The translations under genes and the position numbers were made by a program. This document shows, piece after piece, positions 24,450-36,505 of a DNA stretch of 50,986 bases. The notes beneath the pieces were generated by a model. That model was not told where the DNA came from and did no database searches. It saw nothing but the letters and a program-made list of their open reading frames with translations. Origin of the DNA: Fonticula-like sp. SCN 57-25 (taxonomy: Eukaryota); assembly GCA_001724245.1 (NCBI GenBank), contig MEDX01000021.1, positions 1 to 50,986 on the forward strand, in the 5' to 3' direction. Numbering within the stretch: the first letter of the stretch is position 1; the number at the start of each line of letters is the position of its first letter.

Positions 24450-25516
24450 ATGTTGTCGAGCCGGGCGGTGGGCGCGCCGTCGCCATGGCTGTGCAACTGC
24501 CTCGCGGTGTCGCCTGGCGGCGCGGTCAGCTTCCTCGGCGAAGGCATGTCATTACTAAATGTCGATGAAAGCGGCTGCGCGGGGCCCGGGCCTTCCAACC
24601 TCGGCGTGAGCCGGCCAATGTCGCAGGCGTGGTCGGCGGACGGCACGCTGCTGGTCGTCGGCGCGCGGCAGCAGGTCGTCCTCTTCCAGCGCGCGGCGGC
24701 TTCGGCGGGCGGTAGCGGCGCGCTCGAGCGTGTGTACAGCAAGAGCCTTCATTTTGAGCCCCGCGGGTCGGCGGTGGCGAACCGGATAGGTCGTGGCGGC
24801 GCGACCGTTGTGGCCGTGGCGGGAGTGGCCGGCGTCGAGATCTACTTTCTCGGCGCGTCGTGGCAGCAGATCGGCGCGACGCTGCGCGTGCAGCCAGAAT
24901 ACAACATCCTCCACGTATCCTTTGCGCCGTCCGGGCGCTTCCTCGCGCTCGCGACGCTCGAGGGGCATCTCGGCGTGTGGGAGACGGCCTTCATCGCCGA
25001 GCGCAATGGGGCCGTGGGATCCGCCCCGGCGGCTGCCGAGGACGAGATCCCGCCGGCGGCGCACACTGACGTTGTAACGCAGGGTCGCGTGACGACCGTG
25101 CTCTTTAGCCACGTCGGCAGTATGCTCGCGGTCATGACGTGGGACGGGATCTTAAAGGTGTACCAGGAGGTCCAGCGCGGACGGTGGCACAACATCTCGG
25201 GGACGCACCTCCGCGAGCCGCTCTGCGCTTCGCAATTTCTCAGCGAGCACCCGCCGCCGCTCATCGCGTGGACGCTAAACTGCGACGGCATTCTGTGCGT
25301 CCTCCCTTGTACTATCCTTGTTGCCTGACGCAAAGTAGAATATGGGCGCCGAAAAAGCCGTGGCGCGTTTTTGATATCGCCACAAGGACCGTGCAGACAT
25401 TGCACGCCATGCAGCCAATGGAAGACGTCGTCGGGCTCGCGGCCGTTCCCGCCGAGGGGCGCGTCGTGGCGGTGACGCGAAACGGGCAGGCCACCACGCT
25501 GCCGCCGCCGTGCTAG
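24450..25516 (+). CDS. WD40-repeat protein, 2 exons (start uncertain)
   Basis: AWSADGTLLVVG, VSFAPSGRFLALATLEGHLGVWE and VLFSHVGSMLAVMTWDGILKVY; intron near 25294-25338. Confidence 0.75.
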
Positions 25517-25898
25517 GAAGGGCAACAGGCCAATATTTGTGTACATGTGTGAAATATGGCGTGCGTGCAGTCTGCTTTGATGACTGTGCAAATGCGGTAT
25601 ATGTATAATGTTTGAATGATGTGCTGTACGACTATTGAAAGAACCATAAATTCCAAATTCATTTCTGATATATTCTTGAATCATGCACAATAAATGCGTG
25701 ACACACGAAACCCACAGCTAAGGAATTGGCCGAGAGGGTAGCAAGCAAGCAAGAAAAGATATAGAAAGAAAAAGGCTGCAATTGCCAGTGAATAACCAAG
25801 GAAAGCCGCAGAAAGCGCGATACAAACAAACCACCCGAGGTGAAAAGAGCTAAACATATCTTGAAACGAGATGAAACGAGCCACATGGCCCTTCTTTC

Positions 25899-28800
25899 TT
25901 ACCAACCGGCGAGGCGGTCGAGCATGGCAATCCACTTGTCGCGCTCGTCATCGGTGGTGGCGTCGAAAAAGTACTCGCGGTTGCTCCTCATGAGGATCTT
26001 GAAGCCGCAGCGCCGCCCGACGGCCGACAGGTCGACCTTTTCGACCTTGACCGCCTGGTCGAGACGGATAATACCGCGAGGCTCCTTGTCCTTCTTGTCC
26101 TGGTAGTAGAGGAGGAAGTGGTTGTTGAGGACGAGGTGGCGCTGCTCCCACTTTTTCGTGTTGCTGCCGCCCTGCTTGTACATGAGCGCGACGGCGGCGC
26201 TTCCGCGCATGGCGGTGGCAAAAGTAAGGTCGCCAAAGAGAAGCTTGACGAGGTCCGCCTCCTTGGGGAACTTTTCGTACACGTGGCGGAGCTGCATCTG
26301 AGCCTCCTGGCAGCGGTACGCAACCTCGATGAGCTGCTGGCGCTCGGCCTCGAGCAGGTTCAGCTTCTTGGTCAGCTCGGCGTTGCGCGCCACGAGCGAC
26401 TTCATGTCCGACGCCTGCGCGTGGATCGTGATGGCAGAGTTGGCCACCTCGCGCTCGAGGCGCGAAATGTTGTCCGTCGTAATGTTGGACACCTCCGACA
26501 GGCGGTGCTCCAGGTTGCGGCGCTCAATCATGATGCTGTCAATCACGGCCTGCTTGTTGTACGCGGCCGCGGCGGCCTGCGAGCGCACCTCCTGAATCTC
26601 CTCGCCCATGCGGCGCACCTCGTCAGCGTGCTGCGCCTCAGAGTCCGCAAGGCGCGCGCGGAGCATGCCGGCGCCGCGCATCTCCTCGCTAAGGCGCGCC
26701 TCCAGAACGGCGATGCGCTCAAACAGAGCAGACATGCGCGACTCGGCAGCCTCGAGCTGGCCTTGCGCCTGGCCAAGGTCCGTGCGGGCAGCAGCGTGCG
26801 CGCGACGCTCCTCGGCAAGCTGCGCCTCCACCTCGGCCTTTTGCGACGTGAGGCGGTTCAGAGCAGTGTTGCTCGAAGCCTGGGCCTCGGCGACGCGCTT
26901 CTCGGCAGCGATGCGGCCCTCGTTCTCGACGCGGATCGCAGCCTTGAGCTGGTTGATGCGGGCCTCAATCTCGCTGCGCATGCGGGCAACGTCGTCGCGC
27001 ATCGTGCGCTGTGCCGTGGCGGCGGCCTCGCGCTCCTTCTCCTGCGACGCCTTTTCGGCCGCGAGCGCCTCCTCGAGGTGCGCGCGGCGCGTCTCGGCGG
27101 CGCTGCGCGCCTCGCTCACGTCGCGCAGCTTGTTCTCGAGCTCGCCCTTTTCGGCGAGCGCCACGTGAAGATCCTTGAGGAGCGTGGTCGAGTCGCTCTC
27201 GGACGCCTTCTTGAGTGCGTTGATCTCGGTCACCTTTGACGCGCGCAGCTCCTCAATGTGGACGTTGAGGCTCTGGACGGCCGCCTTTTGGACGGCGAGC
27301 TCGGACGAGGCGTCCGACACGACCTTGGCCTGCGCAGCGAGCGTCGAGCGCGACTCGGCGAGCTGCGTCTCGGTGGCCTGGCGGGCGGTGGCCTCGGCCG
27401 TGAGGCGCTCCTGAAGGCTAGCCTTCTCGGCCTCGAGGGCGCGCGACGCCTCCTCGACGCGCTGCAGACGCGCCTCCAGCTCGGTGGTGTGCGCGGCAAC
27501 CTGCTCCTTGGCCTCGGTCATCTGGAGCAGTGACTCCTTAAGCTGGTTCGCGGCGAGCTTGAGCTCGTCGACCTGCTGCGAGTGGAGCAGGCGCTCCTCC
27601 TCGTCGCGGCGGCGCTTCTCCTCCTTGGCAATGCGGCGCTCCTCCTGCTGGCGCGCAAGCTGCGCCTCCTGCTCGGCCTTGAGCACGCGCTCCTGCTCGA
27701 GACGCTCTGCCTCGAGACGCTTCTCCTCCTGCTCGCGCAGCAGCTCCTCCTCGCGGCGCTTGCGCAGGATCTCGTCGCTGTACAGGCGGCGGCGCACGGT
27801 CTTGAGAAGGCCCTTCCAGATGCGCACGTAGCGCACAAAGAAGCGCGCGGTCCTACGGAAGCGGCGCACGAGGCGCACGCTCTCGATGCGTTTGCCGAGG
27901 CGGCCGATCGAGCGAACCGCGTGGATGGCAGCGCGGAAGCGCTTGCGCGCCAGCCAGCTCATGACCTTGGCCACAATGTGGTGCGAGGTCGCGGCGTCGT
28001 CACCCATCAGCTCGTCCATGAGCGAAAGCTTGCCGGCGCGGAAAAAGACCTTGGACAGGCCCGACTGGAAGTCCTCACCGCCGTGCAGGTCGAGCGCCAC
28101 GAGGAGCGCCTCGCAAAACTGGTTCGGCGCGAGGCTCGCCACCTTGGCGGGCATCCTGTCCTTGTAGCGCGCATAGAGCTCGTCAAAGGAGACGCGAGTG
28201 GGGAAGCCCTGCTGCATGAGCTGCAGCGCGGTGCACATGCCGCTGTAGCGCAGCTGCTGCATCACGCTGACGCTCTCAAAGACGCCGGCCGTCTGCACGC
28301 CGTTGGGCTTGATGCAGCGGATAAAGTGCGACTGGGTCTTCTCGAGCTGCTCGAGCAGCGCAGCGAGCTGCTTCTGGAACTTGCTGCCGACGCTCTTGAA
28401 GCGACCGCCCGAGACGAGCGCCTTGCAGTCGTCCTTGTTGATCTCCTCCTCCTTGGCAAACACGCCGCGCAAAAAGGCCGACGCCGAGCCGCTGAGCAGC
28501 TTGATGAGGTCCTCGTGCAGCGTGTCGTTGTTCTTGGCCAAAAAGTTCTTCACCTCGTACAGCACGTCACCGGCAAAGTGCTTCACCACAAAGGCGTCGT
28601 TCTCGTTCACGCGCTTCTTGGTCTTGCCGGGCTTGGGCTTTTCGAGCGCAGGGTTGCCGGCGTGCATCGTGTGCAGCTTGACGGCAAAGGTCTTGTCGCT
28701 CGACTGGGGCATGAGGCACTCCTCATCGAGGAGCGAAAGCACGCCGTTGCGGCGGTTCTCGACAAGGTCGATGATGCCGACGTTGTCCTCATAGTCAATC

Positions 28801-30450
28801 TTGCGCCAGCGAAGGCCCTCGAGCTCGTAAATGTCCTGCTCCTGCTTGAGGATCTGCTGGTTAAAGTACTGCTGGATCTTTTCGTTCGAGTAGTTGATGC
28901 AAAACTGCTCAAACGAGTTGGTCTCAAAGATCTCAAATCCAGAGATGTCGAGGACGCCGATCGAGTTGGCCGCCGAGGTCACCGGGATCGACTTGTTGAT
29001 CGTGAGGACGAGCCAGTCAAAGAGCGCCGCGTAAATGTACTTGGCGAGCGAGTCGCGGACCGTGGCCGCCTCGGCCACCTTGAGCGGGATGCTGTACGTC
29101 TCCTGGCGGTTGCCCGCGACCATGGTGCGCGTCACGAGGCCCTCGCTGAGCGCGTTCACCGGCAGCGAAAAGAGCTGCGAGGCGAGCTGGACCTTGGCGG
29201 CCGACTCGGGCGCGACGGTGCAGCGCTCGCCGTCAGAGTCGGTGACCGGCACAAAGGTCACGTCGCCGAGGTGAAGCAGCGCCGCGAGCGTCTGGAAGAT
29301 GTTGTTGCGCGTCGCCTCGTCGATGCCGAGCGACTCGAACGCCTTGATGACGACGTTGAACTCGGCGGCGTCGTTGACGTTGTCGATGCGCGTGCAGTTG
29401 CCCTGGTTCAGGAACGCGTGCTGCTCGGGGCCCTGCAAAAAGTACGTGTTGCGCTGCGCGGGCGTGCTGCCGGCCAGCAGCTGGTAAAAGATGTGGAAGC
29501 TACGCTCGCCGGCGGCCTGCGACACAAGGCGCGACTTTTCGAGCAGGTACGACTCGATGCGGGCGCCAGACATGCGCCACGAATTGTCAAACGTAATGTC
29601 GGTGAACTTGCCGAAACGCGACGAGTTGTTGTTGCGCGTCGTCTTGGCGTTACCAAAGGCCTCGAGAATTGGGTTCGCCTTAAGGATGCGCTCCTGGATC
29701 GAGTCGGTGGACGCACCCGCGCCCGCACCGCCCACCTTGGCCATGTACCGCATAACATGCTTGCACGTCTCCGTCTTACCGGCGCCCGACTCGCCGCTGT
29801 AGACAAGCGCAACAGACACGTCAGCACGCGGCAGGGACGGCATCAAAAGGAAAGAGCGCACCTGACGACGATCGACTGGTTGCGCTTGTTGCTCTTCATG
29901 CTACGGTAGGCGCGATCGGCGACCGCGTACACGTGCGGCGGAAGCTTGCCGATCGACTTGCCGGTGTACTGGGCAATCTTGTCATCGCCGTAAATGTCGA
30001 CCGCGCGATAAGGGTTGACGGCAATCAGAATGTAGGCGGTGTAGGTATAAATTTCGCCCTATTCCCTTCCCGGTCAGCTGGACTGTTTTCGCGCGTAAAT
30101 GTTTGGGAGATGCCCACGCACCTTTGCGTATCTGATGCGGAGATTGTCGAGCAAGGACGGGTCGTGCAGGAACGTGAGCTCCGTGTTGTCCTGGACGCCG
30201 GCCGTGTTAGTCGCGTCATAGGGGAACACCGAGGCGGCGGCCACGGTCTCCGCCTTGTAGTCCTTGTCAAACACCACCAGCGATCCGTTCGCGCTAACCT
30301 CCTTGACGGTCACGACCTACGTGGCGCCTCGTGAGCGTCGTGGGTAAATATACGTCACCGCCGGCGTACCTTGAAGCATTCCTGCGCGTCAGCGATCCAA
30401 ACGCGGTCCCCCTTGTTAATCGCCGGGGACGAGGCGACGGTGCTCTTCAT
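25899..30450 (-). CDS. Unconventional myosin: myosin-VI-like motor, ER/K helix, coiled coil and C-terminal PH domain, 4 exons
   Basis: GESGAGKT, EAFGNAKTTRNNNSSRFGK, DISGFE and FIRCIKPN; C-terminal MYKQGGSNTKKWEQRHLVL...LLYY...PRGII...EYFFDA...ERDKWIAML. Confidence 0.92.
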
Positions 30451-30919
30451 TCTTTCGATCTTTCGCTGGAACTAAGCCCAGCCCCCCTAAGTTCAGGGCA
30501 CACCGCAAACGTCGCGTGTGTGCCGCAAATATGCAGTAGCAACAGGGATTGCGCCCTTGGACCGTTCTTCGCCGGTTATTTTCGTCATTCCTTTTTGCCA
30601 GCCGGCCAATCACGAAACGGTCAGGAATGCCAGATCGCTGTGACATGCCTGTAGGTTGCGGCAGGGCTGCAGCAAGTTGCCGATTCACCCATGAGATTCG
30701 GTGATCGGTTTTCAGGAATGTTGCCGGCGGACTGTATTTTACCAAGGAATAGGCAGCGTATAGGGCGAGCGCGAATGATGCTGCAAAGCAGCGGCGTGTG
30801 CGGCTGTTCTGTGCAGAAATAAAGCTGAATTTTTATGCGTTTCAATGGTGTTTGACGTTTGTATGGTTGCAAAAAGGACAGAAAGGCACTTTATAATTGG
30901 GTCGCTCTATGGCAATGGT

Positions 30920-32305
30920 TTACACGAATCCAAACCTCTCGACCTGCTCCAGCTTGTCCTGCATGTAGTCCATCTCGTCGTCGTCGTCGGCCTCGATGTT
31001 GTCGGTGCTGTTCCTCCTGGACGGCTCCTCCGACGGCGGCGCCGACACGAACGGCTCCTGAATCGACTGCACGTCCGGCTTGACGGCGGGCTTGCTGCGC
31101 GCGCGGCGGCGGCGGCCGGGCTCGCTGAGCGAGCTGCCGGGCGCCAGCGACTCTGAAATCGCCTTGGAGAGGCCGGCGACGATTTCAGAAACGGGCTTTG
31201 TCTCGTCGTACGCGCCGACGTCCATGCGGTGCAGGATGCTAAGAACGAGCTCAAAGTTGCGCGTCGCGAACTCGGTCAGGACGGCCACCTCGCTCGCGCA
31301 GTCAAAGCAGTGGTCGAGTCCGGGGACGCCCGTGACCTCGTGCGGGTAGAGCGCCACGCGCGTGACGTTGTTAAAGTAAAACATTTGCTCCTCGTGCGCG
31401 CGGTTGTCGTACTGCACCAAAGCGTCGCCACCGTTTGTGACAGAAAGGTACACCTCGGTTCCCGTGGCCGGGCTCCAGATGGGCAAAAACATCTCGCCAG
31501 ACAAGTAGGACGTAATCAGGTCGTTCCACGGCAGGCCAAACCTGAGCAGCGCGGCGGCGGGCTTTATCGAGTCGCACCACTCCTTCTGCAACTTCATGTG
31601 GACGATCATCTGAAACTGGGCATCCTCTTCCTCGACGATGCGGCACTCGCTCACAAGCAGAATGGGAAGCGACGCAAACTCGGCCACGCTCTCGTCGCTA
31701 AACGCCTGCTCGCGCCACTCGAGAAGCGCGACGTCGCCCAGCTCCAGCGGCATCGGCGCAGTGTCGTAAACGATAAAGCGGTGATGCGGGAACATCTGGC
31801 ACAGGATCGGAAGGTGGGCGCTCACCGGCAACAGCATCACAACAGTGTCCGCAAGCGCCCCGTTCCTCAGAAGAAACTCTGTCACGGCCAACAACTGCGA
31901 CCGCGCCTTCCAGTTCACCACGCTCTTGACATCATCCCGACGCCGCCTGTACTTCATGCGCGGCGCCTCGACCAAAAGCTGGCGCGAGAACGGAATGTCC
32001 AACCGGGATCCCATGTTGATCACGCGGTCGTGCTGCGCCTGGAGGACGTGCTTGTTCGCGCGCGGATCGCTCCACGCCGACTCGCCCGTAATCACAACAG
32101 GGGCAAGCCGCGACCTCACCGGTGCTTCGGTTTCATCATGGCGATCGCGACGCCACCGATCGGACAGGACGCCATCTCGCGTCGGCGAATGATCGCGATA
32201 GGACCTCTGGCCGCGGCCGCGGTGGCGGCGTCCGGACTCGGGCTCCTCGTCGGCATACATGCCTCCGAAGCGCTCCCGGCGGCGCCTCCTTTGATCGTCC
32301 TCCAT
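30920..32305 (-). CDS. Poxvirus VP39 / poly(A) polymerase regulatory subunit-like (cap 2'-O-methyltransferase fold), probably catalytically dead; intronless
   Basis: Family-type segments KYRRRRDDVKSVVNW, LLRFGLPW...YLSGEMFLPIWSPATGTE and YDNRAHEEQMFYFNNVTR...GLDHCFDCASEVAVL (recalled consensus). Confidence 0.75.
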   Translation of the reverse strand: MEDDQRRRRRERFGGMYADEEPESGRRHRGRGQRSYRDHSPTRDGVLSDRWRRDRHDETEAPVRSRLAPVVITGESAWSDPRANKHVLQAQHDRVINMGSRLDIPFSRQLLVEAPRMKYRRRRDDVKSVVNWKARSQLLAVTEFLLRNGALADTVVMLLPVSAHLPILCQMFPHHRFIVYDTAPMPLELGDVALLEWREQAFSDESVAEFASLPILLVSECRIVEEEDAQFQMIVHMKLQKEWCDSIKPAAALLRFGLPWNDLITSYLSGEMFLPIWSPATGTEVYLSVTNGGDALVQYDNRAHEEQMFYFNNVTRVALYPHEVTGVPGLDHCFDCASEVAVLTEFATRNFELVLSILHRMDVGAYDETKPVSEIVAGLSKAISESLAPGSSLSEPGRRRRARSKPAVKPDVQSIQEPFVSAPPSEEPSRRNSTDNIEADDDDEMDYMQDKLEQVERFGFV

Positions 32306-32318
32306 CACGTCTCGACGC

Positions 32319-32339
32319 TGACGTCACGGAGTGACGTCA
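32319..32339. promoter_or_regulatory. Two perfect CRE palindromes
   Basis: TGACGTCA at 32319-32326 and 32332-32339, in the divergent promoter between the VP39-like gene and VTI1. Confidence 0.55.
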
Positions 32340-32530
32340 ACAAAGTCTCATGCACGTGGCCGCGCTCTATTTACTGGTTTCGGTCGTCTCTTTTCCCTTG
32401 TGTTTGCGCAAGCCACAGCAGGGATCGCCGCGAGGGTGCGCTCAGGCCAGCATGGCGCTCTTTATTAATTGGCTAAATTGTCTGTAGTACCTTGCTTTAA
32501 GCGCATCTTTTTTTTTGCCCTTTGGACAAC

Positions 32531-33721
32531 ATGTCGAACCCGGGCGGGTCGGAACTTTTCGAGAGCTATGAGCGCGACTATATGGCGATCGCGTCATCTC
32601 TGAGCCGCAGGATCAACTCGCACATTCCCAACTACACCGGGGGTACGTTTAACGCAATAGCGAGCTTTTTATTTTGCGATTGCCTTTGCTCATTGGTCCC
32701 ACAGAGCAGAAGAAGGAGAGCATCCGCGCCGCGTACCGCGAGCTGGAGGAGGGCGATGAGATCGTACGTGATCCGCTCTCTGTGAAACGCCATGCTGATG
32801 CACGGCCGGTCTTTAGATTGAGCAAGTGGACATGGAGCTGCGCGGCCTTCCGGCTGCCACGCGCAATCGCCTGCAGCCTCGCCACAAGAACTACAAGAAC
32901 GATCACGCTCGCCTCAAGAAGGAGCTCGTGCGTTTGACAGGGGCGAAACACGTGTCGGTCGCTCACCGCCCGCTTTTCTTTTCCTTTTCCTTTCGTTGGA
33001 ATTTCTTAGAAAGTGGTTGAGAGTGCCGGCCTCAATCAGCGTGATGAGCTGCTGGGCGGCGGCGCCTCGGATCTCGATGGCACGTCGGCCGATCAGCGCG
33101 CTCGCCTGCTCAACGCCAATTCCCGCCTGGAGAACTCGACCAAGCGCCTCGAGCAGAGCCACATGCTTGTCTCGGAGACGGAGGAGATTGGCGCCGATAT
33201 TCTGCGCCAGCTCGCCGGCCAGCGCGAGACCATTCAGGGCGCCCGGAAAAAGGTGCGTTTCATGGTAGTTTGCGCGGCGTGACGGCCACTGACGCGCGGA
33301 AATAGCTCGATAATGTAGATGAGAATATTGACAAGAGCGATAACATTCTGCGCGCGATGGGTCGGAGGTCCGTTTTCTTCTTTTGATACTATTATGTTTT
33401 GTGGATGCATAGGGAAGGGAAAAGGAAAGGGATGACATTTGGCATGCAGTTATTTCATCAGGATAAATGTTTATCCCGCGTTATGTTTTGTATATTCGTT
33501 TATATCATGTAGGTATGTGTTACTTGGCTGTGCAGTTTGTTTTGTACGCCCTTTGCAAATACATTGGCGCTACGCACATTTGTTTGCACCCTGGGGGATC
33601 AAAATGCTGACGCGCCGCTTTCCGAATCATTAGGATCCAAACGAACAAGGTCATCACTGCGCTCATCATCATCGTACTGCTCGGCATTATCGGCCTGATC
33701 ATCTACCTGTCGGTGGCCTAA
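32531..33721 (+). CDS. VTI1: Qb-SNARE Vti1, 6 exons
   Basis: SELFESYERDY, DQRARLL...RLENSTKRLEQS...ETEEIGADILRQLAGQRETI...LRAMGRR, and a C-terminal TM helix. Confidence 0.93.
33430..33581 (+). ncRNA. Candidate intronic box H/ACA RNA in VTI1 intron 5
   Basis: Hairpin (GGATAAA/TTTATCC), H-box ATATCA at 33502-33507, second hairpin (TGTAG/CTACG, ATGTGTT/AATACAT, GGC.GTGCAG/TTGTACGCC), then ACA at 33576-33578. Folded by eye only. Confidence 0.35.
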
Positions 33722-34586
33722 CTGCCCACCTGATCGCCACCGCCTTAGACTTGTCGTTTGACTTTTTACCCTCGTCTTATTGTCACCTTCCAATCCTCTA
33801 TTCCTATCGTTGGCCGGGCGCTCTGGACTAGGCCAGCACCCTTTTTTTCTCTTTCGGTTTTCGTTGTGTTTGCGCTGCGTGGGCCGCCCCAGTGGGTGTC
33901 GCCTCTAGGCCGCCCCTTTGTAAGTGTGCGTGAATGTCATATCAATCAAAAATGCCATTATTTTAAGCGGCTGTCGGTCCAGAAAGTGTACTTTCTCGGT
34001 GTGGTGCATTAAAAAAAAGGCTTTTACGGCGGAAAATAGCAGGTAGAAAGTGTTGTTGTTGTCTTACCAAGCAGCCGCACAACTCACGACGGGTCAGGAG
34101 TCGATAACGATTCCCATTGGCCGATGCTCTTCTTCTGAACCAATCAGGACGATCGGGTGGTCCTGCTGTGTTGTGCCGAACGCGCGCGGGGGAGGCGGTC
34201 CATCGCGTTCTACTACTGAACGACAGCGCGCAGGACGGCAGGTCCGCTAGCGCGTTGCTCTAGAACCGTCGCAGGCCGCATTTCGTCGACTTTTCGTCCT
34301 TTTCTTCTTTTGTGCGTTTGCGTGCGCTCGGCCATTGACCGCGAGTTTCCGCGAGTCTTCTGCGTAATTTGACTTGGCTGCCGTGGGAGCACCGGCCGGC
34401 CCCGACCCGCGCAGGCCCTTTCCTTGGCGCCCATAGAGTGCATTGGACGACAGTGCCAGTGAACCGTGCCTGTTGCTTTCCTTTTGCCGTTTTACTGCTT
34501 TCCAAGCGCCGCTCGGCCCGACCCATCGCCGATCCCTAGTTGTTGTTTTGCAGCGTTGACGCTTGCCGGCACTGCTAAACGAGGGA

Positions 34587-36197
34587 ATGTCGCGGCCCTT
34601 TTCTGAAGAGTGGGAAAAGTCGAGGACGTTCCAGTCTTCAATTGAGCCGCCGCTCGCGTTTCCCTTTCCGCCGTCGCCGAATCCGACGCGGCCTCGGCCT
34701 ACATCCGATAGCGCCGCGCTCCGGCATGGCGGCGGGTGGCATCCCTTTGCCGAGAATGGCGGCGTGCCCTCTTACGCATCCCGTGAGGCAATGGTGCGGC
34801 TCCCTTTCCCTTTGCGCGCTGCTGTTCTTTTCGCTAACATACGTTTTTTTTTCAGACGATTGACCGCTGGTTTGAAGATCTCTCTACGTACGAAAAGACG
34901 CTTGAGCAGATGGCAGACATCAAGATCCTCGACGAGTTTCGGGAGCAGATGCGCGGCGTTGACCGCTGGTTCCAGCAGCAGAATGAGAATGAAAAGACAA
35001 CTGTTATTTACGCGCTGCTGCGGCACTGCAGCCCGCTTCAGATCCGCTTCTTCCTCACGGTGCTGCAGTCGATGGCCAAGAAGGACCCGATCGCAGAGAT
35101 CCTGTCGCCCCGCGGCTCCATTCTCGCGCAGGACGCGGACGCCGCAGAGGAGCAGGCCTCCAATCGGCTATTCGAGAAGCTGACGCAGGCGGAGGTGCGC
35201 GAGCAAGAGTCATCCAGGAGACTCTACGACCCTTTCTCGCAGGACGGCGACGAGGGCCAGACAGGGACGAGACCTACGGTCAATGTGTACGAAAGCAGTA
35301 ATATTTAGGCTTTGCGTAGCCGTGAATGTGTTATTCGGTCATCCTTTAATGTCATTTCTGTCTCTTTCCACCTTTTTTTGATTCGTTCTCACATTTTTCC
35401 GCGCCACCAGCCAACGGAGCGTTTCGATGCCGAGCGTCCCCTCGTCACCCACCGTCGCCAGCAGCCCCCTTCCCTCCTCCTCCTCTGCATCTCTTTCTCG
35501 CCCGACGCCTAAACCCGACACCGCGCCGCCTCGCAAAACGCCGACGCCGTCGACCGAGCGCTCCTTTGCGCCGCCGCCGCAGCCTCAGGCGCAGCCGCCC
35601 AAGATGCCGCCGCGGCCGACGGCGCCCGCTGTGACGGCGCTGCAGGCCGCGCAGGTCACCGGCGCGTCGGGGCCACCTTCGCCGTCGTCGTCGGACGCGC
35701 CGGCCATGCCCAAGCGGCCCGTACAGTACGCGGCGGTGGCGGCGACGGGCGCTGTGGCCCCCGCTTCTGCAGTGCAGGCCGCTGCAGCGCCGTCGCCGAC
35801 GCAGAAGAAGCCGCCGCAGCTAATGACGTCGCCCGTCGGCCCGCTGCCGTCGCTCCCCGCGCGGCCAAATACTGCCGCTGCTGCTGCCGCTGCGGCGGCT
35901 GCTGCGGCGCTGAATGGCCCCGATGCATCGTCGCCTGTAGTGGCGTCGCCGACGTCGGCGCGGCCCGACGTGCAGTACACCCCGGGCGAAGACATTGGCA
36001 CGTGGCTCAAATCGCTGCGTCTTCACAAGTACACGACCGTATTCGAGTCGCTGAGCTGGGAGGCGCTGTACAAGCTCACCGAAGAAGACCTCGAGAGGAT
36101 GGGGATATCAGCGCTGGGCGCGAGGCGCAAGCTGCTAAAGTCAATTGAGGCGATACGCAATGGCGAGCCGATTATGGCGGCAAGCGGGGCGGAATGA
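34587..36197 (+). CDS. VTS1: Vts1/Smaug-family SAM-domain RNA-binding protein, 3 exons
   Basis: IDRWFEDLSTYEKTLEQMA and RWF...EKTTVIYALL...QIRFFLTVLQSM; SAM domain WLKSLRLHKY...ALGARRKLL. Confidence 0.88.
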
Positions 36198-36505
36198 GCG
36201 CTGATATTATAATATTGATCAAGGGATGTTTTGTGGAATATGAATATACGCACGATGGCATTATATGTAGGCTTTGCAGGGTGCAGTGATGGGATTGTGG
36301 CCAATAAGCAATGAGTTATACACATAGTCAATCAGCATCAAATTCAGAGATAATTATCCACACATTGTGATCATGATCATCGCATTGATGTATTGCTCCA
36401 CACTGGCCACTTTAAACAATACTCGTATGTTCTGCTGTTTTATTTGATAATTTTACAAAAATGGCCATGATTGTATGCGATGAAGCGCCCAGACGCCAGA
36501 AACGT

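Noticed and set aside
24915-24923. GTATCCTTT, a perfect U12-type donor
   Set aside because: It lies in an open WD40 repeat (HVSFAPSG) that needs no intron, and I saw no matching U12 branch site.
26118-29909. 373-aa and 775-aa + strand ORFs opposite the myosin
   Set aside because: Shadow ORFs of a strongly codon-biased gene (L/V/A/G-rich); the sense gene explains the region.
34011-34030. AAAAAAGGCTTTTAC, resembling the U11 5' end or U5 loop 1
   Set aside because: It mismatches both, with no supporting stems or Sm site.
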